From: an uncultured Acidimicrobiales bacterium
GTDB lineage: Bacteria > Actinomycetota > Acidimicrobiia > Acidimicrobiales > SHLQ01
Reading direction: 5' to 3'
NCBI GenBank assembly: GCA_964441145.1
Contig: CAYTUB010000002.1
Coordinates: 3,305 to 67,304, forward strand
Length of the DNA stretch: 64,000 nucleotides
Positions 9,385-19,933 of this stretch are shown in pieces. The position numbers and the translations under genes are program-made. The notes under the pieces are model-generated. The model was given only the letters and a program-made list of their open reading frames with translations, had not been told where the DNA came from and did no database searches. The number at the start of each line of letters is the position of its first letter. Position 1 is the first letter of the stretch.

Positions 9385-10661
9385 GCGGAGAAGTCGAAGA
9401 CCTGCTTGCGGCCTGGCCCGACGCCAACAAGGGTGACGGGCAAGCCGCACTGCTCTGCAAGGAACGCGAGATAATCGCGCGCTTCGGTTGGAAGTTCTTC
9501 CTTGCTGGTGACGCTCGTGAGATCGGTCTTCCAGCCGGGAAGGGTTTCATACACCGGCGTGCATTCGTGTAGCACGCTCTGGTGATACGGGTAGTCCTCG
9601 AGACGTTCACCGTTGTGTTCGTAGGCAACGCACACCTTGATCTCATCGAGTTGGTCGAGCACGTCGAGCTTGGCGATCGCCATTTCCGACAGCGAGTTGA
9701 CGCGTCGTGCGTAGCGCATCATGACGGAGTCGAAATAGCCCGGACGACGACGCCGACCAGTGTTCGTTCCGTACTCGTGACCAACATCAACAAGGTGGTC
9801 GCCAACCTCGTCGAATAGCTCGGTGACGAACGGTCCCGCGCCGACGCGGGTGATGTAGGCCTTTGCCACTCCCACAACGCGGTCGATGTAGCGGGGCCCA
9901 ACTCCAGAGCCGACACACGCGCCACCCGCGGTCGGGTTCGAGGAGGTCACGAATGGGTAGGTGCCGTGATCGAGATCGAGGAAGGTTGCCTGGGCGCCTT
10001 CGAGCAAAAGCTCGTCGCCAGCTTCGAGTCGGTCGTGTACCAGCGAGACTGCGTCGGTGATCAGCGGCTCGAGCTTGGGGCGGTATTCGTTTTGGAACGT
10101 ATCGACGATTTCGTCGATGTCGAAGCCCATCTTGTTGTAGACGCGGGCCATGATCGGGTTCAGCTGGTTGAGCACTACTTCGAGCTTCTCGCGGAAGATC
10201 TTTTCATCGAGAACGTCCTGCATCCGAAGACCGGTTCGCATGGCTTTGTCCGCGTACGACGGCCCGATGCCACGCTTGGTTGTACCGAGCTTGTTCTTGC
10301 CGAGGTGCCGTTCTTGCAGTGCGTCGAGGCTTTGGTGGTACGGAAAGATGAGGTGCGCGTTGCCACTGATCCGGAGACGAGACGTGTCGACACCCTTGGA
10401 TTCGAGCATCGCCATTTCGGCGAGCAACACCCCGGCGTCTACCACTACGCCATTGCCAATCACGGGGGTGATGTGGTCATAGAGAACGCCGGAAGGCACG
10501 AGCTGCAGTGCAAAGCTCTCCCCTTCGACAACGATGGTGTGTCCCGCGTTGTGTCCGCCCTGAAAACGCACAACGGTGGACATGTCGCGCGCGAGCAAGT
10601 CCGTGAACTTGCCTTTGCCCTCATCACCCCATTGCGTACCGACGATGACAGTCGCGCCCAT
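9381..10661 (-). CDS. purA: adenylosuccinate synthetase
   Basis: The start at 10661 gives [18 protein letters not shown] (P-loop), with GGHNAGHT further in. The track ORF carries 29 extra N-terminal codons. Confidence 0.92.
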   Translation of the reverse strand: MGATVIVGTQWGDEGKGKFTDLLARDMSTVVRFQGGHNAGHTIVVEGESFALQLVPSGVLYDHITPVIGNGVVVDAGVLLAEMAMLESKGVDTSRLRISGNAHLIFPYHQSLDALQERHLGKNKLGTTKRGIGPSYADKAMRTGLRMQDVLDEKIFREKLEVVLNQLNPIMARVYNKMGFDIDEIVDTFQNEYRPKLEPLITDAVSLVHDRLEAGDELLLEGAQATFLDLDHGTYPFVTSSNPTAGGACVGSGVGPRYIDRVVGVAKAYITRVGAGPFVTELFDEVGDHLVDVGHEYGTNTGRRRRPGYFDSVMMRYARRVNSLSEMAIAKLDVLDQLDEIKVCVAYEHNGERLEDYPYHQSVLHECTPVYETLPGWKTDLTSVTSKEELPTEARDYLAFLAEQCGLPVTLVGVGPGRKQVFDFSA

Positions 10662-10726
10662 CAGTGGTGTCCTTCCAGTCCAAATCCGACCGACTGACTC
10701 TACCGGACTCGATAGGGTCGAACACC

Positions 10727-11215
10727 GTGCGACGTAAACCTGAAACACCGCCGTCGTTTAGCGTCTGCGACCCGCAAGCCGATGAGGCCCTGGCCGCGAT
10801 GACCGCTTACTTCGAAGAGCTCGAACGCCGATTCGTCGATGGCTTTGATCCCGGCGACACCCTGAACGCAGACGCCGACCAGTTTCGACCACCTCTCGGA
10901 TGCTTCTTGATTGGCCGACGCGGCGGAGGTGTCGTGTCGTGCGGAGGCGTATATCTCATCGAGCCGACGCGCGCTGAAATCAAGCGAATGTGGGTCGCTC
11001 CCCAGGTGCGAGGAAATGGCATTGGTGCCTTGACGCTGCACCAGCTTGAAGAGACTGCCCGCGAGCTTGGCGCCGTCGACGTATGCCTCGACACAAACTC
11101 GGTACTAGACGAGGCCATCTCGCTCTATAGCAGTCGTGGCTATGAGGACATCGAGGTGTACAACGACAACCCCTACGCCCAGCGCTGGTTCGCAAAGAAA
11201 CTCGAGTTGGATTAG
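10727..11215 (+). CDS. GNAT-family acetyltransferase
   Basis: ...[29 protein letters not shown]... is the acetyl-CoA-binding motif Q/RxxGxG/A. The start is uncertain: GTG 10727 was chosen to leave room for the divergent purA promoter, while the track starts at 10664. Confidence 0.7.
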   Translation: MRRKPETPPSFSVCDPQADEALAAMTAYFEELERRFVDGFDPGDTLNADADQFRPPLGCFLIGRRGGGVVSCGGVYLIEPTRAEIKRMWVAPQVRGNGIGALTLHQLEETARELGAVDVCLDTNSVLDEAISLYSSRGYEDIEVYNDNPYAQRWFAKKLELD

Positions 11216-11244
11216 TCCGAGCTGATCTGCAGAGCTGGTCTGAC

Positions 11245-11787
11245 CTAACCAGTGAAGGTGGGAGTACCAATCTGCGCCTCGGCGGCAGGTGCGGCGGGCA
11301 TGCTGTCGCCGTCCAACTCGGAAGTGTTTGTCTCGGTGACACCCTCCACCTCAACGCGCGGTTCTGTCGTGGCGTCGTTGGTTTCGACAGTGGAGACGGC
11401 GAGATCGGTGCAGCCAATCTCGACCACGACATCGAAGGTTCCCTCCGCGGGGAAATTGATGGCGACGCTACCGGAGCTGGTCTCGCTGAAATCTGAAGGC
11501 ATGATCGACACCGTGCAGTCGAGACCTTCGGGAAACGGAATCACGCATTCTTCGCCACCTTCAAGACCGGTGAGAGCAACATCGATTTCATCACCGGATC
11601 CGGCTTCGCTTTGCGATTCACAGATCACACCGGCCGATGATGCCACCGATGCGTTGGAGTCATAGTCGAGCGTGATCGACGATCCGTCCTGCGCGGCGAC
11701 GGCGCTAATGCCCACCACCGAACCAAACAGAAGTGCGGCGACAACTCCACCGGCTCGCTTTGTTCTTCGGTTTCTTGCGCGTTCCAC
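11245..11787 (-). CDS. secreted hypothetical protein (4 Cys)
   Basis: GTG at 11787 is preceded by AAAGGGGAG and gives MERARNRRTKRAGGVVAALLFGSVVGISAVAAQ (signal peptide). The track ORF begins at a TTG (11871) that would overlap the clpB terminator. Confidence 0.5.
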   Translation of the reverse strand: MERARNRRTKRAGGVVAALLFGSVVGISAVAAQDGSSITLDYDSNASVASSAGVICESQSEAGSGDEIDVALTGLEGGEECVIPFPEGLDCTVSIMPSDFSETSSGSVAINFPAEGTFDVVVEIGCTDLAVSTVETNDATTEPRVEVEGVTETNTSELDGDSMPAAPAAEAQIGTPTFTG

Positions 11788-11867
11788 AACCGCTCCCCTT
11801 TGTCCGCCCTTTCCGCAAAGATTGATCACGAAGAGGTCTCTACGCCGAGAGTACGGGTCAGGTTTTG

Positions 11868-11910
11868 CCAAATCGAAAGTCGATCGGCCCGACTAATCAG
11901 GCCGATCGAC
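11868..11910 (-). terminator. intrinsic terminator after clpB
   Basis: GTCGATCGGCC (11879-11889) and GGCCGATCGAC (11900-11910) form an exact 11-bp stem with a 10-nt loop, followed on the minus strand by TTTCGATTT. Confidence 0.65.
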
Positions 11911-11920
11911 CCTGGCGAAG

Positions 11921-14410
11921 CTATGCCCGAAATTCGAGCGCATCACCCGTTGAGCTGACATCCACCGTTATCGAAGAGTCATCTGCAAAGGAACCGTCGA
12001 GCAGCTTGACCGCGAGCTTGTCGGCGACTTCTCGCTGGACAACCCGCTTCAGCGGACGTGCACCAAAGGCAGGGTCATAGCCCTCCTTGGCAAGCCACGC
12101 CCGAGCATCATCGGTGACCTCGAGGGTGATCTGTCGATCCGCGAGACGCTCGCGGAAGATGTCGATCTGAATATCGACAATCTGTCGCAGATCGTCCTGG
12201 GTGAGCTCGCGGAACCGAACCATGTCGTCGATTCGATTGATGAACTCTGGCCGGAAGAAGTCCATTGGATCGCCGGGCAGGTTCGAGGTCATGATCAACA
12301 CGACGTTGCTGAAGTCAACCGTGCGGCCTTGGCCATCGGTCAGGCGTCCGTCGTCGAGCAATTGCAGCAACACGTTGAAGACGTCGGCGTGTGCCTTTTC
12401 GACCTCGTCCAACAGAACGACGGCGTAGGGACGGCGTCGTACCGCCTCGGTGAGTTGGCCGCCAGCGTCGTAGCCGACGTAGCCCGGAGGAGCGCCGATC
12501 AGGCGAGACACCGAGTGCTTCTCCATGTACTCGCTCATATCGATGCGGATCATCGCCCGTTCGTCGTCGAACATAAAGTCCGCCAACGACCGAGCCAGCT
12601 CGGTCTTTCCAACACCGGTCGGGCCGAGGAACAGAAAGCTTCCGATCGGACGATTCGGGTCGGACAGACCAGCGCGGCTTCGACGGATGGCATTGGCGAC
12701 GACGCCGACAGCATCGTCTTGGCCGATGACGCGCTCGTGGAGGACCTCTTCGAGTCGGATCAGCTTCTGGACTTCGCCTTCGAGCAATCGACTGACGGGA
12801 ACACCCGTCCAGGCGCTGACGACCGAAGCGACATCTTCTGCGTCGACTTCCTCTTTGAGCATGACGTTGTCGCCCTGAAGATCACTCAGGTGCGCGGTGG
12901 CTTCGGCAATCTCGGCTTCGAGAACTGGGATCAAGCCATATCGAAGCTCGGCTGCCTTCTCGAGGTCGGGCTCGCGCTCGACATCGAGCTTGAGCTGTTC
13001 GAGCTGCTCTTTCCTGCTTCGGATTTCATCGATGGCGTCCTTCTCGGATTGCCAATGGACCTTCATCGCAGAGAGCTCTTCGTTGAGATCCGCGAGCTCG
13101 CCGTCCAAGTCTTTGAGGCGGGCTTCCGAAGCCCGGTCAGATTCCTTCTGGAGCGCGACTCGTTCCATATCGAGCTGACGAATACGACGATCGACGATGT
13201 CGATTTCGATCGGGACCGAATCGATCTCGATGCGCAGCTTTGAGGCGGCTTCGTCGACCAGGTCGATGGCCTTATCGGGCAGGAACCGGCCGGTGAGATA
13301 GCGGTCCGAAAGCACGGCGGCGCTCACGAGTGCGGCATCTTGGATACGGACTCCGTGATGGACCTCGTAACGCTCGGCGAGGCCTCGCAGAATCGCGATC
13401 GTGTCTTCGACCGATGGTGGCTCGACCAGCACTTGCTGAAAGCGACGCTCGAGCGCGGCATCCTTCTCGATGTACTTGCGGAACTCATCGAGCGTTGTGG
13501 CACCCATCATCCGCAACTCGCCTCGGGCGAGCATTGGCTTGAGCATGTTGCCCGCGTCCATCGAACTGTCGCCGCCGGCACCGGCACCAACGACGGTGTG
13601 GAGCTCGTCGATGAAGGTGATGATCTGGCCGTCGGCGTCGTCGATCTCTTTGAGGACTGCCTTGAGTCGCTCTTCGAATTCGCCGCGGTACTTTGCGCCA
13701 GCAACCATCGACGAAAGGTCGAGCGACATGATCGTCTTGTTCTTCAACGATTCGGGAACGTCGCCTTCGACGATGCGATTGGCCAAGCCTTCGACGATCG
13801 CCGTCTTTCCAACTCCAGGCTCTCCAATGAGCACGGGGTTGTTCTTGGTTCGTCGACTCAATACCTGGATCACGCGTCGGATCTCGTCGTCACGGCCAAT
13901 GACGGGATCGAGCTTTTGAGCTCGGGCAGCAGCGGTGAGATCACGCGCATACTTTTCGAGGCTCTGATATTGGTCCTCTGGGTTTTGCGTCGTGACACGA
14001 TGCGAACCGCGGACCTCGCGCAACGCCTCCATGACCTCTTTGCGGTCGAGGTCGAGGCGATCGGCCATGGCCAAGAGAAGATGCTCGGTCGACAGATAGT
14101 CGTCACCGAGATCGACTCGCGCCTTGTCAGCATCCTCAAAGGCCTTGATGAGATCGCGAGATTGCTGAATCTCACCGCCATAGGCCTTGGGAAGTTCGCC
14201 CAGTTTTTCGTTGAGCCTGTTCCGTACTGTTAGAGGTTCGTGACCCAGGCGCTGCAGGATTGGTAACACGACACCATCGGCTTGGCCGAGAAGGGTCAAG
14301 AGGAGGTGTTCAGGAGTGACCTCCGGGTGTGATTCGGTCTTTGCGAGTTCTTGTGCCGCAACAAAACCCTCGCGAGTCTTTTGCGTCCATTGGTTGGGGT
14401 CAATAGCCAT
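11921..14410 (-). CDS. clpB: ATP-dependent chaperone ClpB
   Basis: The start at 14410 gives [16 protein letters not shown]. Two AAA modules ([16 protein letters not shown]) and a coiled-coil middle domain are present. Confidence 0.95.
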   Translation of the reverse strand: MAIDPNQWTQKTREGFVAAQELAKTESHPEVTPEHLLLTLLGQADGVVLPILQRLGHEPLTVRNRLNEKLGELPKAYGGEIQQSRDLIKAFEDADKARVDLGDDYLSTEHLLLAMADRLDLDRKEVMEALREVRGSHRVTTQNPEDQYQSLEKYARDLTAAARAQKLDPVIGRDDEIRRVIQVLSRRTKNNPVLIGEPGVGKTAIVEGLANRIVEGDVPESLKNKTIMSLDLSSMVAGAKYRGEFEERLKAVLKEIDDADGQIITFIDELHTVVGAGAGGDSSMDAGNMLKPMLARGELRMMGATTLDEFRKYIEKDAALERRFQQVLVEPPSVEDTIAILRGLAERYEVHHGVRIQDAALVSAAVLSDRYLTGRFLPDKAIDLVDEAASKLRIEIDSVPIEIDIVDRRIRQLDMERVALQKESDRASEARLKDLDGELADLNEELSAMKVHWQSEKDAIDEIRSRKEQLEQLKLDVEREPDLEKAAELRYGLIPVLEAEIAEATAHLSDLQGDNVMLKEEVDAEDVASVVSAWTGVPVSRLLEGEVQKLIRLEEVLHERVIGQDDAVGVVANAIRRSRAGLSDPNRPIGSFLFLGPTGVGKTELARSLADFMFDDERAMIRIDMSEYMEKHSVSRLIGAPPGYVGYDAGGQLTEAVRRRPYAVVLLDEVEKAHADVFNVLLQLLDDGRLTDGQGRTVDFSNVVLIMTSNLPGDPMDFFRPEFINRIDDMVRFRELTQDDLRQIVDIQIDIFRERLADRQITLEVTDDARAWLAKEGYDPAFGARPLKRVVQREVADKLAVKLLDGSFADDSSITVDVSSTGDALEFRA

Positions 14411-14482
14411 TTTCGTCCTCCCTTGAGCAACGGTAGTTGGGTTGGACTCCGGCTGGGGTATGTCCAATGACTACCTCATCAA

Positions 14483-14505
14483 AGTTGAGTCCATCTAACT
14501 CAACT
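14483..14505. promoter_or_regulatory. HAIR (HspR-associated inverted repeat) operator upstream of clpB
   Basis: AGTTGAGT-CCATCTA-ACTCAACT matches the HAIR consensus CTTGAGT-N7-ACTCAAG, about 75 nt upstream of the clpB start. Confidence 0.8.
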
Positions 14506-14664
14506 TCTGCGGTGGTGTATTATTCCCGAAAGTGATCGACAAGCGGTGGAAGAGACCTGCTTCCCGTGGTCGGCATCGTTGACAGTATTGCCTAGACGGC
14601 GGAACCTCTTTACGTCATCAATGTTCCGTGGCACACTTCTTTACATGGGCGAAGGTGGTGCGTC

Positions 14665-15519
14665 ATGGTGAAGAGGCTCCGTTTGTGGGTTTCCGCGCTT
14701 GCGATTCCACTCTTAGTGCTCGGATTTGACTCGTCGGCAATTAGCGCCCAACCCAGCGGAAACGGCTCAGAGGTAGTGGCAACGGATTCGGGAGGTGGCC
14801 CACCCCAACGAGTGAGCGGACCAGGGGCCAGCGCCGATCCCAACGCACCCGTCTACGCGTGCTACTTCGCTAGGCAGTACACCAACGACAGAGGCGAAGC
14901 GCGCCAAGGCGATCAGTTCATTCACGACACCGCTGGTCCTGACCTCGTGGAGGGTCTGCACTACGCCCGACAGTGCTTGGACGACACCGGAGCGGTCGTG
15001 GACTTTGGCGTGATCCAATACACCCCTTTCGCTGGCACCGTTACCGACGAACGCCAAATCGCTAATTTCTGGGTTCAGAACAGCAAAGATCTAGACCCCC
15101 AAGCCCATGAGTTCGACCTAAGCCCCGATGCGAACCAGATCACCGGACTTGAAACATGGATCGATCAACCAGGACCCACGGAGCTAGGTCCTGATTGGGC
15201 ATCGGCAGGATCGGTAACAGTGGGTGTCCGTGGGCGGCTCGTGGACGTACTCATCAATCCTGGCGATGGTTCCGCACCATTCAACTGCGACCCGACGGAC
15301 TTTGCCGCGTGGACTGCGGGAGCCACGAATGCAGGATGTAGTCACACCTATTGGGAAGAACCCACATCGGGTTCATACCAAATGCAAGCCACCTACTTCT
15401 GGACCTACGACTGGCTACCCGACGGCCAAACGATTTGGGAACTGGACTTCTTCCAAGACGCCGAAGTCGTTGCCTTCGATGTCGCTGTTGTCGACCTTGA
15501 AGCAGTAATCAGCAACTAG
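14665..15519 (+). CDS. secreted hypothetical protein
   Basis: 284 aa, MVKRLRLWVSALAIPLLVLGFDSSAISAQ (signal peptide), with SD GAAGGTGG upstream. I recognised no domain. Confidence 0.55.
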   Translation: MVKRLRLWVSALAIPLLVLGFDSSAISAQPSGNGSEVVATDSGGGPPQRVSGPGASADPNAPVYACYFARQYTNDRGEARQGDQFIHDTAGPDLVEGLHYARQCLDDTGAVVDFGVIQYTPFAGTVTDERQIANFWVQNSKDLDPQAHEFDLSPDANQITGLETWIDQPGPTELGPDWASAGSVTVGVRGRLVDVLINPGDGSAPFNCDPTDFAAWTAGATNAGCSHTYWEEPTSGSYQMQATYFWTYDWLPDGQTIWELDFFQDAEVVAFDVAVVDLEAVISN

Positions 15520-15556
15520 GACCGAGGTTCTTGAGCCGTCGTGAAACCGACGAGAC

Positions 15557-15967
15557 TCAGCGTTCGCGATAGACGGTGACCGTTTGCTGCAGCGGGACGA
15601 GATCGCGCCGGTAGGTTCGCTCGGTTTCTCTGATCGCCGACGAGCGAGCGTCGTCGACGTCTCCGTCGTGGATTGCTCGCACCCGATCGAGGGTTCGTTC
15701 AAGCTCTGCGACCCGGCGTTCCAGATCGAGGATTCGCTTCACCCCAACGAGGTTCATGCCTTCGGAGGTCAGCTCAGAGATCCGCTGGAGCAACGCCACA
15801 TCGGCGTCGCTGTAGCGGCGTGAACCACCCGAAGTGCGGGCGGGCTGTACCAGACCTTTGCGCTCGTAAATGCGCAGCGTCTGTGGATGCATGCCACACA
15901 ATTCGGCAGCCACCGAAATCACATACACCGCAGTGGTGCGGCTAGTAGAGGGAGTACGGTCAGCCAT
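15557..15967 (-). CDS. hspR: MerR-family heat-shock repressor HspR
   Basis: YVISVAAELCGMHPQTLRIYERKGLVQPARTSGGSRRYS. It is the last gene of the dnaK operon. Confidence 0.9.
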   Translation of the reverse strand: MADRTPSTSRTTAVYVISVAAELCGMHPQTLRIYERKGLVQPARTSGGSRRYSDADVALLQRISELTSEGMNLVGVKRILDLERRVAELERTLDRVRAIHDGDVDDARSSAIRETERTYRRDLVPLQQTVTVYRER

Positions 15968-15969
15968 TG

Positions 15970-16896
15970 CTAATCCCTCGGCGCCGGGGTCTCGACCGCT
16001 TGAAGCTTCTCGATGAGCGCACGTTCTTCACCGGTGGGGTCCTCTGGGACATGAACCAAAATGGTGACGAGCAGGTCGCCGGTTTGCGAAGGGGTCTTCA
16101 CTCCACGGCCCCGTACGCGCAGCACCTTGCCGGGTGAGGTTCCCGGGGGAATCCGCACCGTTACATTCGTGCCGTTCATCGTTGGCACCTTTACATCTAC
16201 ACCGAGGACGGCTTCGGTAAAGGTGACGGGTACTTCGACGCGAAGGTTGTTGCCGTCGCGTTCGAAGGTGTCGTGTTGCTCGATGGTGATGGTGACCAAG
16301 AGGTCGCCAGGGTCGCCGCCATCCTTGGACGGCGCTCCCTTTCCAGGCACTCGAATACGTTGCCCACCCTTGACTCCGGCTGGGATGCGAACGTTGACTT
16401 CCATCGGTGCGCTGAGAACTTCAGAACTCAGACGAACCGACTTTGTGACACCTCGGATCGATTCTTCGAAGGTCAGGTGCAGGGATGCTTGCAGGTCCAT
16501 ACCAGGCATGTGGCCAAAGCCAAATCCAGGTCCGGGTCGTTGGCCTCCCCGCGCGCCTCCGAAGAGTCCGCCGAGCAGATCCGATAGGTCGCCTAGGTCT
16601 TGGTTGCCTTGGGGGCCTCGATTGAAACCGCCTCCACCGAAACCACCACCCCCTGCGCCTCCGATGCGCCGGAAATCGTCGTAACGCTTGCGCGCCTTTT
16701 CGTCTCCGAGCACCTCATAGGCAGCGGAGATTTCCTTGAACCGCTCCTCGGCTTTTTCATCGCCAAGATTCGCATCCGGGTGATACTTGCGAGCAAGGGT
16801 TCGATAGGACTTGGACAGCTCTTTGGCAGTGGCTGTCTTCTCCACACCGAGGGTGCGGTAATAGTCCTTCTCTAGCCATTCACGTTGTGGATCCAC
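15970..16896 (-). CDS. dnaJ: J-domain co-chaperone (DnaJ/CbpA type, no zinc-finger domain)
   Basis: J domain DYYRTLGV...KYHPD and a G/F-rich linker. There is not a single Cys, so no CxxCxGxG repeats. Confidence 0.85.
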   Translation of the reverse strand: MDPQREWLEKDYYRTLGVEKTATAKELSKSYRTLARKYHPDANLGDEKAEERFKEISAAYEVLGDEKARKRYDDFRRIGGAGGGGFGGGGFNRGPQGNQDLGDLSDLLGGLFGGARGGQRPGPGFGFGHMPGMDLQASLHLTFEESIRGVTKSVRLSSEVLSAPMEVNVRIPAGVKGGQRIRVPGKGAPSKDGGDPGDLLVTITIEQHDTFERDGNNLRVEVPVTFTEAVLGVDVKVPTMNGTNVTVRIPPGTSPGKVLRVRGRGVKTPSQTGDLLVTILVHVPEDPTGEERALIEKLQAVETPAPRD

Positions 16897-16936
16897 TACT
16901 CACCTCCTTGGTGAATTAGCGCAGCGTTCGCTGTGC

Positions 16937-17554
16937 TTAACCAATTACTTTGACCATTGCTGGACGGACCACGCGGCCCTTCCACGTGTAACCAGCGCGG
17001 AAGACTTCACCCACGACCGATTCGTCAAATTCACTATCGGCAGGTGCTTCTTCGTGCATCACTGCCTCGTGTTGTTCAGGGTCGAACAGCTCGTTCTCGG
17101 CTGGAGCCAAGAGTTCGAGCCCATTCTTTTCAAGCTCGCTGATAAGCGCGCTACGAATAGGACCGACCGCTGAGTCGGCGTCTTGCACCAGTGCGCTATC
17201 GCATGCGTCAAGGATCGGGATCAGGTCGCGAATCAGTGACGCTGACTGCGTCGCTGCTGCATCCATCACTCGCTTGTCGGATTGCTTGCGATAGTTCGCA
17301 AAGTCTGCGGTCAGACGCTGCGTGTCGGCAAGGTACGTATCGCGTTCAGCTCGAAGCTGCACGATGTCGTCGCTTGCGTCCGAACCACCTCCGGCAATCC
17401 CATCTGTTCCGCTGGCACGTTCATGTGAGGCGCCGTCGTCCGAACCGAGGTCGAGCGGCGTGCCCGCCGGGGCGTCAGCGGCTTCGGCCGCTGCCCGCCC
17501 GTCGAGCGCTTCGTCTACAAGATGATCGATGGCGGATTCCTCCGACTCGCTCAT
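16937..17554 (-). CDS. grpE: nucleotide exchange factor GrpE
   Basis: 205 aa, ...DFANYRKQ...[16 protein letters not shown]. The ATG overlaps the dnaK stop (ATGA 17551-17554). Confidence 0.9.
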   Translation of the reverse strand: MSESEESAIDHLVDEALDGRAAAEAADAPAGTPLDLGSDDGASHERASGTDGIAGGGSDASDDIVQLRAERDTYLADTQRLTADFANYRKQSDKRVMDAAATQSASLIRDLIPILDACDSALVQDADSAVGPIRSALISELEKNGLELLAPAENELFDPEQHEAVMHEEAPADSEFDESVVGEVFRAGYTWKGRVVRPAMVKVIG

Positions 17555-19392
17555 GCGTCGTCGTCAGGGTTGACGTCGTCTTCGATGATCTCCGCGTCGA
17601 CAACGTCGTCGGGAGAGGGCTCAGCAAAGTCGGGGTTGTCAGCTACGTCTTGAGCAGACGCCTCTTCATAGAGCCGCTGACTGAAACCTTGTGATGCCGT
17701 CATCAATGCTTCGGTCTTTTCCTTGATGTCGTCGATGTCCTCGCCGGTCAGCGACGTCTTCAACTCCGACAGCTTGGCTTCGACGTCGATCTTCTCGTCA
17801 CCTTCAAACTTTTCGCCTTGCTCACGGAGCAACTTGTCGGTCTGGTAGACGAGCGAGTCTGCGTTGTTGCGAGCCTCAGCTTCTTCTCGACGACGCGAAT
17901 CTTCTTCGGCGTGAGCCTCAGCGTCGCGCACCATCTGATCGATGACATCGTTGTCGAGCGAGCTCTGACCGGTGATGGTCATCGACTGCTCTTTGTTGGT
18001 TGCACGATCCTTTGCCGAGACGTGCACGATGCCGTTTGCGTCGATGTCGAAGGTGACCTCGATCTGTGGAACGCCGCGTGGAGCGGGAGGCAGATCGACG
18101 AGCTGGAACTTGCCGAGCGTCTTGTTGTAGCTGGCCATGTCACGCTCGCCCTGGAGCACGTGAATCTCAACCGATGGCTGATTGTCATCAGCGGTCGTGA
18201 AGACCTCGGTGCGCTTGGTGGGGATCGTCGTGTTGCGATCGATGAGCTTGGTCAGGACGCCACCCTTGGTCTCGATACCGAGCGAGAGTGGAGTTACGTC
18301 GAGAAGGAGGACGTCTTTGACCTCACCCTTCAGAACGCCTGCCTGAACAGCGGCGCCGATTGCGACAACCTCATCGGGGTTAACCGTCTTGTTGGGCTCC
18401 TTGCCCGTGAACTCTTGAACGAGTTCGGCAACGGCGGGCATACGGGTCGAACCACCGACGAGAATGACGTGATCAATCTCGCCCTTGGTCAGGCCAGCAT
18501 CCTTGATTGCTTGCTCGAAAGGAGTGCGGGTGCGCTGAAGTAGGTCGGCTGTGAGCTCTTCGAACTTGGATCGGCTGAGCTGGTAATCGAGGTGAAGCGG
18601 TCCGGCGTCGGTTGCCGTGATGAACGGCAGATTGATCTGCGTCTGCTGAACCTGAGAGAGCTCAATCTTGGCCTTCTCTGCAGCTTCCTTTAGACGCTGA
18701 CCCGCCATCGAGTCGGCGCCGAGGTCGACGCCATGATCGTTCTTGAAGCTGGTGACGAGCCAGTCGATGACCGCGTCATCCCAGTCGTCGCCGCCGAGGC
18801 TGGTGTCGCCGTGCGTCGAACGAACTTCGAATACGCCGTCGCCAATCTCAAGGACGGAAACGTCGAACGTTCCGCCACCGAGGTCGAATACGAGAATGGT
18901 CTGATCCTCGTCGCCCTTGTCGAGGCCATAGGCCAAGGCCGCGGCCGTTGGCTCGTTGATGATGCGCAAGACCTCGAGCCCGGCAATGGTGCCAGCCTCT
19001 TGGGTAGCCGTGCGCTGGGAGTCGTCGAAGTACGCGGGAACGGTAATGACAGCTTGGGTGACCGACTCGCCAAGGTATGCCTCAGCGTCGCGCTTGAGCT
19101 TCATAAGCGTGCGGGCGCTGATCTCCTGCGAGGTGTAGTCCTTGCTGTCGATGCCAATCTTCCAGCTGGTACCCATGTGGCGCTTTACCGAACGGATCGT
19201 GCGCTCAGGGTTGGTGATCGCTTGACGCTTCGCGACTTCGCCGACGAGAACCTCGCCGTCTTTCGCGAATGCAACAACCGATGGGGTCGTGCGCGAGCCT
19301 TCGGAGTTAGCGATCACTACCGGATCGCCGCCTTCGAGAACGCTCACGACTGAGTTAGTGGTTCCGAGGTCGATACCTACTGCCTTGGACAT
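17551..19392 (-). CDS. dnaK: chaperone DnaK (Hsp70)
   Basis: The start at 19392 gives [16 protein letters not shown], with DLGGGTFD further in. The track ORF has 20 extra codons. Confidence 0.96.
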   Translation of the reverse strand: MSKAVGIDLGTTNSVVSVLEGGDPVVIANSEGSRTTPSVVAFAKDGEVLVGEVAKRQAITNPERTIRSVKRHMGTSWKIGIDSKDYTSQEISARTLMKLKRDAEAYLGESVTQAVITVPAYFDDSQRTATQEAGTIAGLEVLRIINEPTAAALAYGLDKGDEDQTILVFDLGGGTFDVSVLEIGDGVFEVRSTHGDTSLGGDDWDDAVIDWLVTSFKNDHGVDLGADSMAGQRLKEAAEKAKIELSQVQQTQINLPFITATDAGPLHLDYQLSRSKFEELTADLLQRTRTPFEQAIKDAGLTKGEIDHVILVGGSTRMPAVAELVQEFTGKEPNKTVNPDEVVAIGAAVQAGVLKGEVKDVLLLDVTPLSLGIETKGGVLTKLIDRNTTIPTKRTEVFTTADDNQPSVEIHVLQGERDMASYNKTLGKFQLVDLPPAPRGVPQIEVTFDIDANGIVHVSAKDRATNKEQSMTITGQSSLDNDVIDQMVRDAEAHAEEDSRRREEAEARNNADSLVYQTDKLLREQGEKFEGDEKIDVEAKLSELKTSLTGEDIDDIKEKTEALMTASQGFSQRLYEEASAQDVADNPDFAEPSPDDVVDAEIIEDDVNPDDDA

Positions 19393-19464
19393 GTGTTCAT
19401 GCTCCTGAATGTCTTGCAATGTCGTGTGGAACCGGTTGTTCCTCAGCGACAATTTGAATGAAAG

Positions 19465-19483
19465 TTGCGTGGACAGCGCTCAA
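19465..19483. promoter_or_regulatory. imperfect HAIR-like operator upstream of dnaK
   Basis: TTGCGT-GGACAGC-GCTCAA (one mismatch per half-site versus TTGAGT-N7-ACTCAA), 73 nt upstream of the dnaK ATG. A second weaker site CTTAGT-N7-ACTCAA lies at 19561-19579. Confidence 0.5.
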
Positions 19484-19644
19484 GTGTAAGAGGTGCAACG
19501 AAGTTCGCGGGTCGCCGTGGCGGCCAGCTGGCTTTCTGCACTACTCGACGGGAGCCAATCCTTAGTCACATCCACTCAACTTTCACTAGGCAAGATCTAT
19601 TCCCAAATTCCCTTTTTCGTGTCTGGGAACCAAAAGACGCCTTG

Positions 19645-19851
19645 CGTCACACGAGACGACCTAGTCTCCGGCGGCAATGGCGACGACTTCATTGGCGGCG
19701 ATGGGGCGACGACACAATCAACGGCGGCAACGGCGAAGACTTCCTGATTGGTGGAGACGGTGCAGACAACGTCAATGGCGGCGATGGCGAAGACATTTGC
19801 TTCCCCAATAACTTCGCGGGAGGCGGGGGCAGGCAAAATTGCGAAGGGTAA
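19645..19851 (+). pseudogene. relic of the C-terminus of an RTX-family paralogue (frameshifted, no 5' part)
   Basis: Reads DDLVSGGNGDDFIGGDG in one frame. It then reads DDTINGGNGEDFLIGGDGADNVNGGDGEDICFPNNFAGGGGRQNCEG* in the next, keeping the family D-x-C-x13-C-E end. There is no signal peptide and no blades. Confidence 0.6.
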
Positions 19852-19933
19852 CTATCGCTCAACACATGGGCACTTTTCGCCGAAGGAAGTGTGTCCGCTG
19901 AACGACTGGTGGGCGGAAACCTAAGGCGGAGCG

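Noticed and set aside
19465-19851. 128-aa ORF (and the overlapping 19493-19747 ORF) upstream of dnaK treated as real genes.
   Set aside because: The 5' halves run through the dnaK promoter and HAIR region with no coding signal. Only the last ~200 bp are meaningful, as a frameshifted relic of the RTX family.
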